The notes under the pieces are model-generated. The model saw only the letters and a list, made by a program, of their open reading frames with translations, had not been told where the DNA came from and ran no database searches. A DNA stretch of 64,000 bases from Octopus vulgaris (lineage: Eukaryota): NCBI GenBank assembly GCA_951406725.2, contig OX597824.1, positions 91,946,001 through 92,010,000 of the forward strand, written 5' to 3'. Numbering within the stretch: position 1 is the first letter of the stretch; every line of letters begins with the position of its first letter. The translations under genes were made by a program, and so were the position numbers. Positions 54,350 to 64,000 of this stretch are shown here, one piece after another.

Positions 54350-54890
54350 GCTAACGACCGCGTGATCTCCAAACAATCCCTATTCCAGCGGCGAACGCCG
54401 TAGACATGGGGTCTAGGTTTGGTTTCAGATCAGCTTTGACTGTCATTAGCCAGGTTTTTCGTTGTCCACCACATCGTTTTCGCCAACCCTGAAGGGGAGC
54501 TGGGGCAATTGCTTCGTAGATGAATTCCCCCTGGTTGACGACGGAGGGCATGACCCAGCCAACAGAAACTTCTCAATCTTATCAATCTTATCAAAGCATA
54601 AGTACCTACAATATTATTACGTCACTTTGCACGCATTTCGGACACCCAGATTCGGACACCCAGATTACCACCCAGATTCAAGACGTTCGTCTGCAGCACT
54701 ATATATCTAATTCTTTCCGGCAATTCACTGTCGCAGTAATTTCGTCCGGCCGCAACATACGTCTGAATCGTACGCTTTAAACCTGGGACTAATTGCGATC
54801 CAGCAATTCTTATCTCGGTAATGTCTGCCACATACATGCCAAGAGATTTCAAGGCGCTATTGAAATAACCTCACTTTCAAGCTGACCGTA
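54350..54890 (-). pseudogene. RTE-like LINE relics (endonuclease start and C-terminus)
   Basis: LKSLGMYVADITEIRIAGS (APE N-terminal 'IAALSE.R' like) and PAPLQGWRKRCGGQRKTWLMTVKADL (RTE C-terminal GGQ.KTW). Confidence 0.55.
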
Positions 54891-55433
54891 GACCAGGTAC
54901 AATTACAGAACACGTGCGGGATCATGGAGAAAATAGAGGGAAGAGAATTTACTCATCTTCATCGGTAAAAATGGCGGACAGACTTTGTCCTTTTCCAGAA
55001 AGGTATTCCTTAAAAGGCCTTTGTAATTCTGTCTTGCTTTCTATTTTTCTAAAATTCCCATTCTATACTGGAAAATTGTTCAAAAGAATATGCCGAATGT
55101 CTCTTGCTGTTTATTTATTATCTGTCTTTGTATGTTATTCACTGCTGTTTTATTTTATAACGGTGAACTCGCCGATGGATTTTATTCCAGCGTCTGCTCA
55201 TGTTCGTTGCTATGGCCGTTGTTATTTATTCTGATGCTCTTGTTGGTCATCTTGCCCGTATTCCTTTTACTACTGTAGAGGGAAATTTATCAAATCTGTT
55301 TGTTGTTGCTGTTGTTGTTGTTTTGATGTGATGGCTTTATGTTCTTCACGATAGTGTTCTTCTTGGAGTTTTTCTCGCATAAAATGTAATCCTCCACCTC
55401 CTCCTCTTCTTCACCGTTATAATCATCATCAGT

Positions 55434-55469
<36 letters not shown>

Positions 55470-55843
55470 TTCATCATCATCATCATCTTCTTCTGCTTCT
55501 ACCTCCTCCTCCTCCTCATCATCATCATCATCAACATCATCTTCATCATCATCATCATCATCGTCGTCGTCATCATCATCATCGACGTCGTCGTCGTCGT
55601 CATCATCATCATCGTTATCGTAATCATGATTATCATCATCATCAAGTTATATATATGTATATATATACGAAGAATAAAGCTTCCTTCCGAGTCATATAGA
55701 ATTGTATGACCAGTTTCCCAGTTTGTGTGGCATATATATTCCTCCACAGGACCTGATGCTTGCGTGTGGCATTCAAGAACATCAGGCGTCGCACGACCCG
55801 GGAATCGAAATCGCAATCTTGGGAACATGTTTTTCACACGTAC

Positions 55844-55906
<63 letters not shown>

Positions 55907-56714
55907 CATACACATTCACGTATGTAAAAAGAAAAGCATCTACGCATATACAAACACGTAAACACTTTCTATATAGAACGAATTTTGAAAATACTGAATG
56001 GAAAATTTATAGGAATTTGAACAATTGGATGGATGGATGGATGGTTGACGAAATTTCTGTGAAGTAACAAGGGATACAACGGTAAGGAATTTTTGCGATT
56101 TATTCCACGTCAGTAATTTTAAATCTGAGATATATTCTGGGAGTTACAAGATAACAGGCAAGTACGGTTAGAAGAAGACGTTTTCCAATGTAACAAGCAA
56201 AATGAGATTTTTATATTCGAGTGTTAACAATAATTGTTACAATCATTGTGAAGAACCTAAAAATGAAAACGAAGAAACATCAAATAAAATAACATTGATA
56301 GAAATCCACATGAGCGTGAGAAGATATTGCAATATCTTCCCTCCGGAAATGCAATCGTAACGTTATCAGATCAGTGAAAAACAACCCCGATTACTCAAGT
56401 TAAAGATATACCCGGCGAGTTTCGTGTGTATACATTAACCACATAACTCGCTCATAAGTATTTAAGTTTTCTAATTATCTTCCACGTTAGAACACGCTGG
56501 AAGCATTTTCCCTACATTGATATTAGCTGTGCCGTTGTGAAATTCACTTTTGCAACCGCGTGATTTCCAGTTCAATCACACTCCAGAGCGCATTAGGTAA
56601 GTATTATGTACTTTGACACTGGACGGCTAATACCTCTTGAATGATCTTCGAAGACGGATACCTTATGGAAACTCGTGCCCTAACTCAGCAGTTCGGTAAA
56701 AAGATCGATTTACT

Positions 56715-56954
56715 CTTTTATTCTTTTACTTTGTTTCAGTCATTTGACGGTGGCCATGCTGGAGCACCGCCTTTCGTCGAGCAAATCGATCATCGGACTT
56801 ACTCTTTGTAAGCCTAGTACTTATTCTATCAGTCTATTTTGCCGAACCGCTAAGTTAGGGGACGTAAACACATCAGCATCGGTTGTCAAGCGATGTTAGG
56901 GGGAGGACAAACACAGACACACAAACATATACACAAACATACATACATAAATAA

Positions 56955-57017
<63 letters not shown>

Positions 57018-57188
57018 GGGAGATGTACTCGCATATCAAGTGATTTGATCTGAGATCGTTGTGCTGAAACGAAAACAATTGCAGCGTGGAAGGTGTTTGT
57101 AAGCCATTTAGGAAACACACAAAAGCCGTTCGATTCACTTCAACATTTAAGTTTAATTTGTCAAAATATTTTCGTCGCTAAAATCCGT

Positions 57189-57234
<46 letters not shown>

Positions 57235-57305
57235 TGTACATATATACGACGGGCTTCTTTCAGTTTCCGTCTACCAAATTCACCCACAAGGCTTTGGACG
57301 GCCCG
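56715..57305 (-). mobile_element. SINE family A, interrupted in its TA tract by a ~170-bp insert (57018-57190)
   Basis: Tail half at 56715-56925 and head-proximal half at 57245-57305 are both reverse complements of family A. Confidence 0.7.
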
Positions 57306-57309
57306 AGAA

Positions 57310-57570
57310 CCCCCATCTGATGAGGTGCATCATAGACAGGGTAGCTAAGGAAGTCGGCATGGATGGGGCGCTGATCAATTTGGATCAATCAAAAGCTTTC
57401 AGCAGGGTAGACCATCACTACTTAGAGGCTGTCCTTCAAGCGGCGGGTTTCGGTCCCATCTTCCGCAGTTGGAACGCTGCCTTATACGGCGGCATCCGCT
57501 CGGTATTTCGCGTAAATGGTCATCTATCCAGACCATTTAACATCGTGCGTTCGGTGTGTCATGTATGGCT
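57310..57570 (+). pseudogene. Tx1/L1-like reverse transcriptase fragment
   Basis: GALINLDQSKAFSRVDHHYLEAVL...GFG...VNGHLSRPFNIVRSV matches the L1/Tx1 RT D..KAFD.V.H region up to just before RQG. Confidence 0.75.
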
Positions 57571-58618
57571 CCTCTCGTCATTTCTTTGTAAGGATATTTC
57601 TTCCGTTCTATTATAATCTCTGTTCTATTATGATGGGTGAGGAACTAGGTACACTCTGTGAAATAATCTATATGTTTGGAGCTCAGGATCAAGAAATGTC
57701 ACAGCAGGAATGCACCAACTACTACACAATCTATAGATATTTCTGGATGATATGAAGGTATGGCCACTCTGTGCCCAGCATAATTTTAGATTACTCACGA
57801 ATTTTGTGGAATAATTACGACTGAGAAAATTATTCGAGGAAAATTTATTGAAAATTTTATCAGATTAAGGGATTACGTTTAGGAGCTGTTGATGTTAGAC
57901 ACTGCATTCTATTGCGTATGTAGATATGCTAAATATTATGTTATTTTTCTGACTATGACCAGCTCCTTTTGTAGGAATGCTATCGGCCATATTGTTTTTG
58001 TCGTTGGAGTCTACATAGTGATTGCCTTCGGTAAGAATAAAACATTCTCTGTCGCTTTTTCTCCTGGATCTTACATAGGCAGTGTGTATATAAGAAAGCT
58101 AGCGACAACGTAGGAAGAGTTGATACGCTACATAGTTTCTTTTTCAATATTTCTTGCCAAAATATGTTTTTCACAGACGTACAATTTAGTTTTCATTCAG
58201 TGTGGTAGCCGACAGACACATATGTTGATTGACTAGAAATTTTTCATTACCCTCTCTTCTAGCTACTTCTTACTGCATCGCCTTCTTGAACTGCCATCGG
58301 TTTACTTGACATGTCTGGCAATTTTGTCAGCTCGTTAAGGAAAGCGACGAAGAAAAATGACTGTATCTCGCCTAAATACTTGAGATATCCGCAAATGTCA
58401 ACACCTTCCAGTTCTCGACATTTTCCATTATGAATGCAATAACAACAATTCTAAAGTTTGTTTGAAAGATTCACAAAATATATTGAACATATTTCACAGA
58501 GATCAGGAGAACAACAAGTTATTTGCAGTTTGCTCGAAATACGAGAAAACATATTTTCTTCCTGTATGAGGAATTTTATGATTACTGCTACAACTATATA
58601 CTACTACTACTACTACTG

Positions 58619-58669
<51 letters not shown>

Positions 58670-58714
58670 ATAATAATAATAATACTACTGCTGCTGCTGC
58701 TAATGCTGCTAATG

Positions 58715-58751
<37 letters not shown>

Positions 58752-59121
58752 AACTACTACTACTGCTGCTGCTGCTGCTGATGATGATGAGGGTGATGAT
58801 GACTACTACTACTACTACTACTACTACTACTGCTACTACTGCTACTGCTACTACTACTGCTGCTGCTGCGGCCGCTGCTGCGTCTGATGATGATGAGGGT
58901 GATGATGATAATGAGGGTGATGATGAAGATGATGACTGATTATGATCATGATGACGACGACGATAATAAGGATGATAATGGTGATGATGATGATGATGAT
59001 GATGGAGATAATGAAGATTAATGATGATGATGAGGGTGATGATAATGATGACTGATGATGATGATGATGATGATGACGACGACGATAATGAGGATGACGA
59101 TGGTGATGATGATGATCATTG

Positions 59122-59179
<58 letters not shown>

Positions 59180-59181
<2 letters not shown>

Positions 59182-59460
59182 GAACTTTTTAACTCAGGTT
59201 TTGTTTGAACTCCTGTTGTCTTGCGTGCGTAGCAGGTTTGCCATGTGCACCCTATGGTACCCTGCTATCTGACCTTTTTGAACTATCTAATACTTTACTG
59301 ATTATCCTGGCCGTGCCAAGGAGGCAAACCATTTTGTAACAGTTCTTCTGGGAACTCTATTCCAATTTCCTTCAGGTTCCTCTTGGTGCCTTCTGATACT
59401 ATCTCCAAGGATCCAACAATAATAGGCACTATTTTCAGTCGAGCTATTAAATATTTAAAA
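59180..59460 (-). mobile_element. 3' end of an RLE-type LINE with (TAA)n tail
   Basis: VPIIVGSLEIVSEGTKRNLKEIG...LLQ; followed on the minus strand by (AAT)n at 59123-59181. Confidence 0.55.
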
Positions 59461-59672
59461 ATCTTCTTCTTCTTCTTCTTCTTCTTCTTCTTCTTCTTCT
59501 TCTTCTTCTTCTTCTTCTTCTTCTTCTTCTTCTTCTTCTTCTTCTTCTCCCTCTTCTTCTTCTTCCGCTTCTTCTTCATCCGCTTCTTCTTCTTCCGCTT
59601 CTTCTTCTTCCGCTTCGTCTTCTTGTGTGTGTGTGTGTGTGCATACACACACACACGCACAGACACACACAG

Positions 59673-59727
<55 letters not shown>

Positions 59728-59732
<5 letters not shown>

Positions 59733-60014
59733 TATAAAGGATCGCGGGTAAGGCCGAAGCAAATAGAAGTAAATGCAAAGGCCGAAGCAAATAGAAGTAA
59801 ATTATGTGAATTAATGTAGACTTACCTTGCGTTCAATATTTCGGGGTTATGAATCCATTTTCAAGAAATTAATGAATGTTGCCGATGTGTGTGAACGTAT
59901 GTGGAGTGGACATGCCCAGAAAGGTGTTGCTACAGCAATCAGCTACCTTCCTGTTACATGCGCTCACATTTACTTCGCATTGCTTTGGCCTTACCCACGA
60001 CATTTTATACAATA
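59728..60014. mobile_element. MITE-like element (~285 bp) with ~48-bp imperfect TIRs
   Basis: tatcgtataaaggatcgcgggtaaggccgaagcaaatagaagtaaatg versus the reverse complement of the right end, tattgtataaaatgtcgtgggtaaggccaaagcaatgcgaagtaaatg. Confidence 0.7.
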
Positions 60015-60015
60015 C

Positions 60016-60247
60016 GTATTTCTTTATTGCCCATAAGGGGCTAAACATAGAGGGGACAAACAAGGACAGACAGAGGAATTAAGTCGATTATATCGACCCC
60101 AGTACGTAACTGGTACTTATTTAATCGACCTCGAAAGGATGAAAGGCAAAGTCGACCCCGGCGGAATTTGAACTCAGAACGCAGCGGCAGACGAAATACC
60201 GCAAAGCATTTCGCCCGGCGTGCTAACGTTTCTGCCATCTCGCCGCC
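60016..60247 (-). mobile_element. SINE family B, full length, with 11-bp target-site duplication
   Basis: Reverse complement of the 15750 element; TTATACAATAC at 60005-60015 and 60250-60260. Confidence 0.85.
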
Positions 60248-60359
60248 TATTATACAATACACTCTACACAATGCTTCATAGTAATTATTCCATTATAACA
60301 TACACACACACATATATAAATACAGTGTACACTTAAACACATAAGAGACACCCATCGTA

Positions 60360-60793
60360 GGATTCTTTGCATGCTAAAGAGAACAATTAAATTCCAAACC
60401 ACTATTACAATCGAATTCAAAAGCCGGCATTCTTTTATTTACTGTCGACAAGGAGCTGCACTTGCGCGGTAGATTTGAAAAATTAGAATGTATAAACACG
60501 AAGCAAATACTGGATTGCCTCGTGCATATATATTTAATCTAATGTGTACCTGCTGAAGAAGACTTCGCCAAGCAAATTATTTTATTTGCTAAAAAAGTCT
60601 GAAACCATTGGTACAGAAGTTAGATGGTAACTGTTTTTATTTTTGATTCCGTTGGAAATTTTATCCCTAATAATGGTTTGGAATTTAACTGTTCTCTCTA
60701 TATTTATATGAATAATATATAGTCTATTAACTAAATTTTTGCACGCCAGGCCACTGGTAATGGAAATTTCTAATATTTCTGATTGCCCTTTGA

Positions 60794-60795
<2 letters not shown>
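60360..60795 (+). mobile_element. Monomeric, diverged relative of the 492-bp retrozyme-like unit
   Basis: Colinear shared motifs with the array unit plus an intact HHR, enclosed by a 24-bp helix (60378-60401 / 60674-60697). Confidence 0.7.
60550..60616 (+). ncRNA. Type I hammerhead ribozyme (predicted cleavage after A60613)
   Basis: CTG-CTGAAGA-AGACTT..AGCAAAT/ATTTGCT..AAGTCT-GAAACCATTGGT-A-CAG. Stem I extends via ATCTAA(60537)/TTAGAT(60620); GUA site. Confidence 0.85.
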
Positions 60796-60858
<63 letters not shown>

Positions 60859-60877
60859 ACTATGTCTATCTATCTAC

Positions 60878-60944
<67 letters not shown>

Positions 60945-60946
60945 AC

Positions 60947-60984
<38 letters not shown>

Positions 60985-60989
60985 AATCA

Positions 60990-61053
<64 letters not shown>

Positions 61054-61071
61054 CTCTCTCTCTCTCTCTCT

Positions 61072-61116
<45 letters not shown>

Positions 61117-62421
61117 TATGTATGTATGTATAAATTAATTGAAGGGGTTGATCCGTTCGGCTAAACCGCTTGCAGGCATTGCCCCAGCATGGCCGAAGTC
61201 GAGTGACTGAATCAAGTAAAAGATAGAAGATAAATATTGTTTAAGCATCTTATTCCGGCACTTTACGGATTCCAGCCATGCCAACACCTAATAATGGTGT
61301 TACTTCTGCTTCAGTGAATCGCCAATCGCTACGCATTACAATCGCAGTCGATCAAAAGCGCGCTACGGAATCACGTCCCAAGTACATTAGCATCAACATC
61401 AGTTGAGCTGACTCCGCCACAATCAAAGTCCACCACCACCACCACCACCACTACAACAACAACAACAAAAGCAACAACAACAACACCACCTCCGAAACCA
61501 AATCTGCAGAAACAGCAACAACAGCAGCACCACCACCACCACCACCACCACAACCACCACAACAACAACAGGAACAACAACATCATCATCTCCGGAATCA
61601 AAAGAGCAGCAGCACCACCACCACCTTAACAACAAGAAAAGCAACACTTCCGAAACGAAATCTACCAACACCACCAACAATAACAACACGAACATCAAAC
61701 CCATCCCCACTACCACCAACATCACCATCACAATCACCATCATCATCATCATTACCATCATTATCACCACCACCACCAACACCAATGCCATCACTACAAT
61801 CAACACCACCACCACCACTAACCTCATCGTCAACACCACCACCACCACCACTAACCTCATCGTCAACACCACCACCACCACCCTCCTCACCGCCACCACC
61901 ACTATCCTCACCATCACCACCATCCTCATCACCACCACTACCATCAATACCACCATCCTCACAACCACAACCACCAATAACCTCATCGACAACACCACCA
62001 CCAACCAACTAACCCCAACCTCAACAACACCACCATCTCAAGTGTCACCACTACCACCAGCATCCCCTCCACCACTACCAATCCCAACATTACAACCGAC
62101 ATCAACGCCACCACCGCACGCATGGTAACAACAACCACTAAAGCACAATTACTGCTATCGCATTAGTAATGCCAAATATAAACCGTGCTCATGTTTCTGG
62201 CAAACAGTTCTGAGGTTATTCGCAAAGTTCAGAGCTTGTCTTTCAAAATTGCATTCTTCTGCCATCCAACGTTCATCCACCAACGCCACCGTTAGCCTGC
62301 TTCTGATTGGTTGAAATGTATAAAGGATCTTACGCAACAGAAAAATCAATCCCGTACTCTATCGCCATTCATTTTTCTGTATCTTTGTCTTTCTCTGCCT
62401 CTCACTTTCTTATACTCACAG

Positions 62422-62475
<54 letters not shown>

Positions 62476-62549
62476 TCTCTCTCTCTCTCACACACTCATT
62501 CTATATACGCGTATCAGTGTGTGTGTGTGTATGTTTGTGTAATTTCTAC

Positions 62550-62735
62550 TCTTCTTCTCTGGAAGCCATCTACCCGCAATACCAGAGGGCGCACACTTTC
62601 CTACCCTGATGTAATCTCCAGGGATACAGGCATCCAGCAACAGGACCCCCGTAATGCCATGATGGACCGTGAAGTCTGGCGTAGCATGGTAAATTCCATT
62701 GTCTCGACCACGGTCGAACAATGATGATGATGATG
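62550..62735 (+). mobile_element. RTE-like LINE 3' end with (TGA)n tail
   Basis: LLLWKPSTRNTRGRTLSYPDVISRDTG...AMMDREVWRSMV...* followed directly by TGA repeats. Confidence 0.7.
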
Positions 62736-62774
62736 TGTTTGTGTATATATAAACATATATATTCTTTTTTTCTT

Positions 62775-63035
62775 TTATATTTTTTTACTTACTTCAGTCA
62801 TTTGACTACAGTCATGCAAGAGCACCCCTTCCTGCCGAAGAAATCTGCCCATGGACCAATTCTTCGTAAGCCAAGTACGTATTCTGTCGGTCGCATTTGC
62901 CGAAACGCTAACCGACCGGGACGTAAACGTACCGACATCGGTTGTCAAGCGATGGTAGAGAGACGAACACAGACAAAAGTACACATACACACAAACACAC
63001 ATATATGACGTGCTTCTTTCAGTTTCCGTCACCAA
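62775..63035 (-). mobile_element. SINE family A (diverged, 5'-truncated)
   Basis: ttcagtcatttgact..., catcggttgtcaagcgatg and cttctttcagtttccgtc match the family A reverse complement. Confidence 0.65.
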
Positions 63036-63645
63036 ATGCAATTATTTCAGAAATCCTGGGAATAGATAGTGCACGACTTTCTCAAAACACGTATGGTATG
63101 AAAATAAGTTGATTCTTTCTATTTTAAAGCAAAACTTTGAAAAATTTCGCCCATGAAGGCATGAATCTTACCAAAATTCTATGAAACATTCCTTGTGCTT
63201 AAGTGTGCCTTGAAACGAAAATCTGAGCTTTGCGCTATTGAGATAACTTATCGAAATTGTTGATTTGCAATGATTTTAAATACCGTGGCCAACCCCTCCG
63301 TCGATACCATGACTAACTAAAGCAAAACTTAAACTGACTGGAATCGGTCCCAAAGCCTGGGTCATTGAAGCTCTGGACAGGCCAGGGTGGCATCATTCCA
63401 TCTCCATTTTGACAAATCCTTTTGAAGATGAACGACAGAGGAAAGAGGAAGAGAAACGACAAGAAAGAAAATGGAGTCTGCAACAACCGAAGCCTCCACC
63501 ACGGATCCCCTATGAACTTTGTAACAGACGCTTCCATGCAAGAATCGGTCTCGTTAGTGATTAGAGGCATAAACACGGACAGAGGGGAAGAAGTGGTCAT
63601 GAAAAACCAAATAAATCATCGGACACACGATAAAAAGGCCACTGG

Positions 63646-63716
63646 CGCCGCTGCCGCTGGTGCCGCCGCCGCTGCCGCTGGTGCCGCCGCCGCTGCCGCT
63701 GGTGCCGTCGCCGCTG
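63646..63716. repeat. GC-rich 21-bp tandem repeat (gccgctgccgctggtgccgcc)
   Basis: About 3 units directly visible. Confidence 0.8.
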
Positions 63717-64000
63717 ACGATGACGAAATACCGAATAGCTAACATCACGGCTAATTAAAGCTTTGCCATTTGTCATCGTTCTATTTGATCCACTAGTTTA
63801 AAATAAATCGGTATTTGTGAGATACTTTTCTTTTCCGCAATCTTGTGTTTTTTTTTTGTTTTTTGTTCTGAATAGAATTATATCAGACCGTATATTTTTG
63901 GTATATTTCAGTTTAGTAAATTCCACCGTGGTGGACTTTGCCTTTCCTCCTTTCGAGTTCGATTAATTAACTACCAGTTGCGTATTGGTGTCGATCTAAT

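Noticed and set aside
57018-57190. TA-embedded insert ending in GAAAATATTTT on the minus strand
   Set aside because: Only a possible 3' half of an HHR in AT-rich sequence; core missing.
63313-63748. ORFs around the GC-rich 21-bp repeat as a host exon
   Set aside because: No recognisable domain or convincing splice context; openness is largely explained by the GCC repeat.

Overview
AT-rich animal genomic DNA with very dense microsatellites ((TA)n, (CA)n, (CTAT)n, (TAA)n, (CAT)n, (CTT)n) and transposon debris. The repeat landscape (tRNA-headed SINEs, Dong/R4-like, Tx1-like, RTE- and CR1-like LINE pieces, mariner relics) resembles octopus/coleoid cephalopod DNA; that assignment is an inference. 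No intact host gene is supported, and almost all long ORFs in the track are microsatellite translations. The main result is a dense set of hammerhead-ribozyme (HHR) elements read directly from the sequence. The best example is a young tandem array (21587-23094) of three 491/492-bp units, each with a complete type I HHR that has a 58-nt stem II insertion and a palindromic stem III. This retrozyme-like array should release ~492-nt structured (probably circularisable) RNAs. A diverged homologue with a covarying scaffold and its own intact HHR lies at ~60.36-60.79 kb. A Penelope-like GIY-YIG fragment with another long-stem-II HHR lies next to the array. Several further intact or decayed HHR cassettes and foldbacks sit in microsatellites. 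Other notable items are TAA-targeted Dong/R4-like LINEs (one with an in-frame poly-Glu tract), a Tx1-like LINE embedded in (CTAT)n, and a 24-bp minisatellite that reads as a Thr-rich candidate exon on the minus strand.
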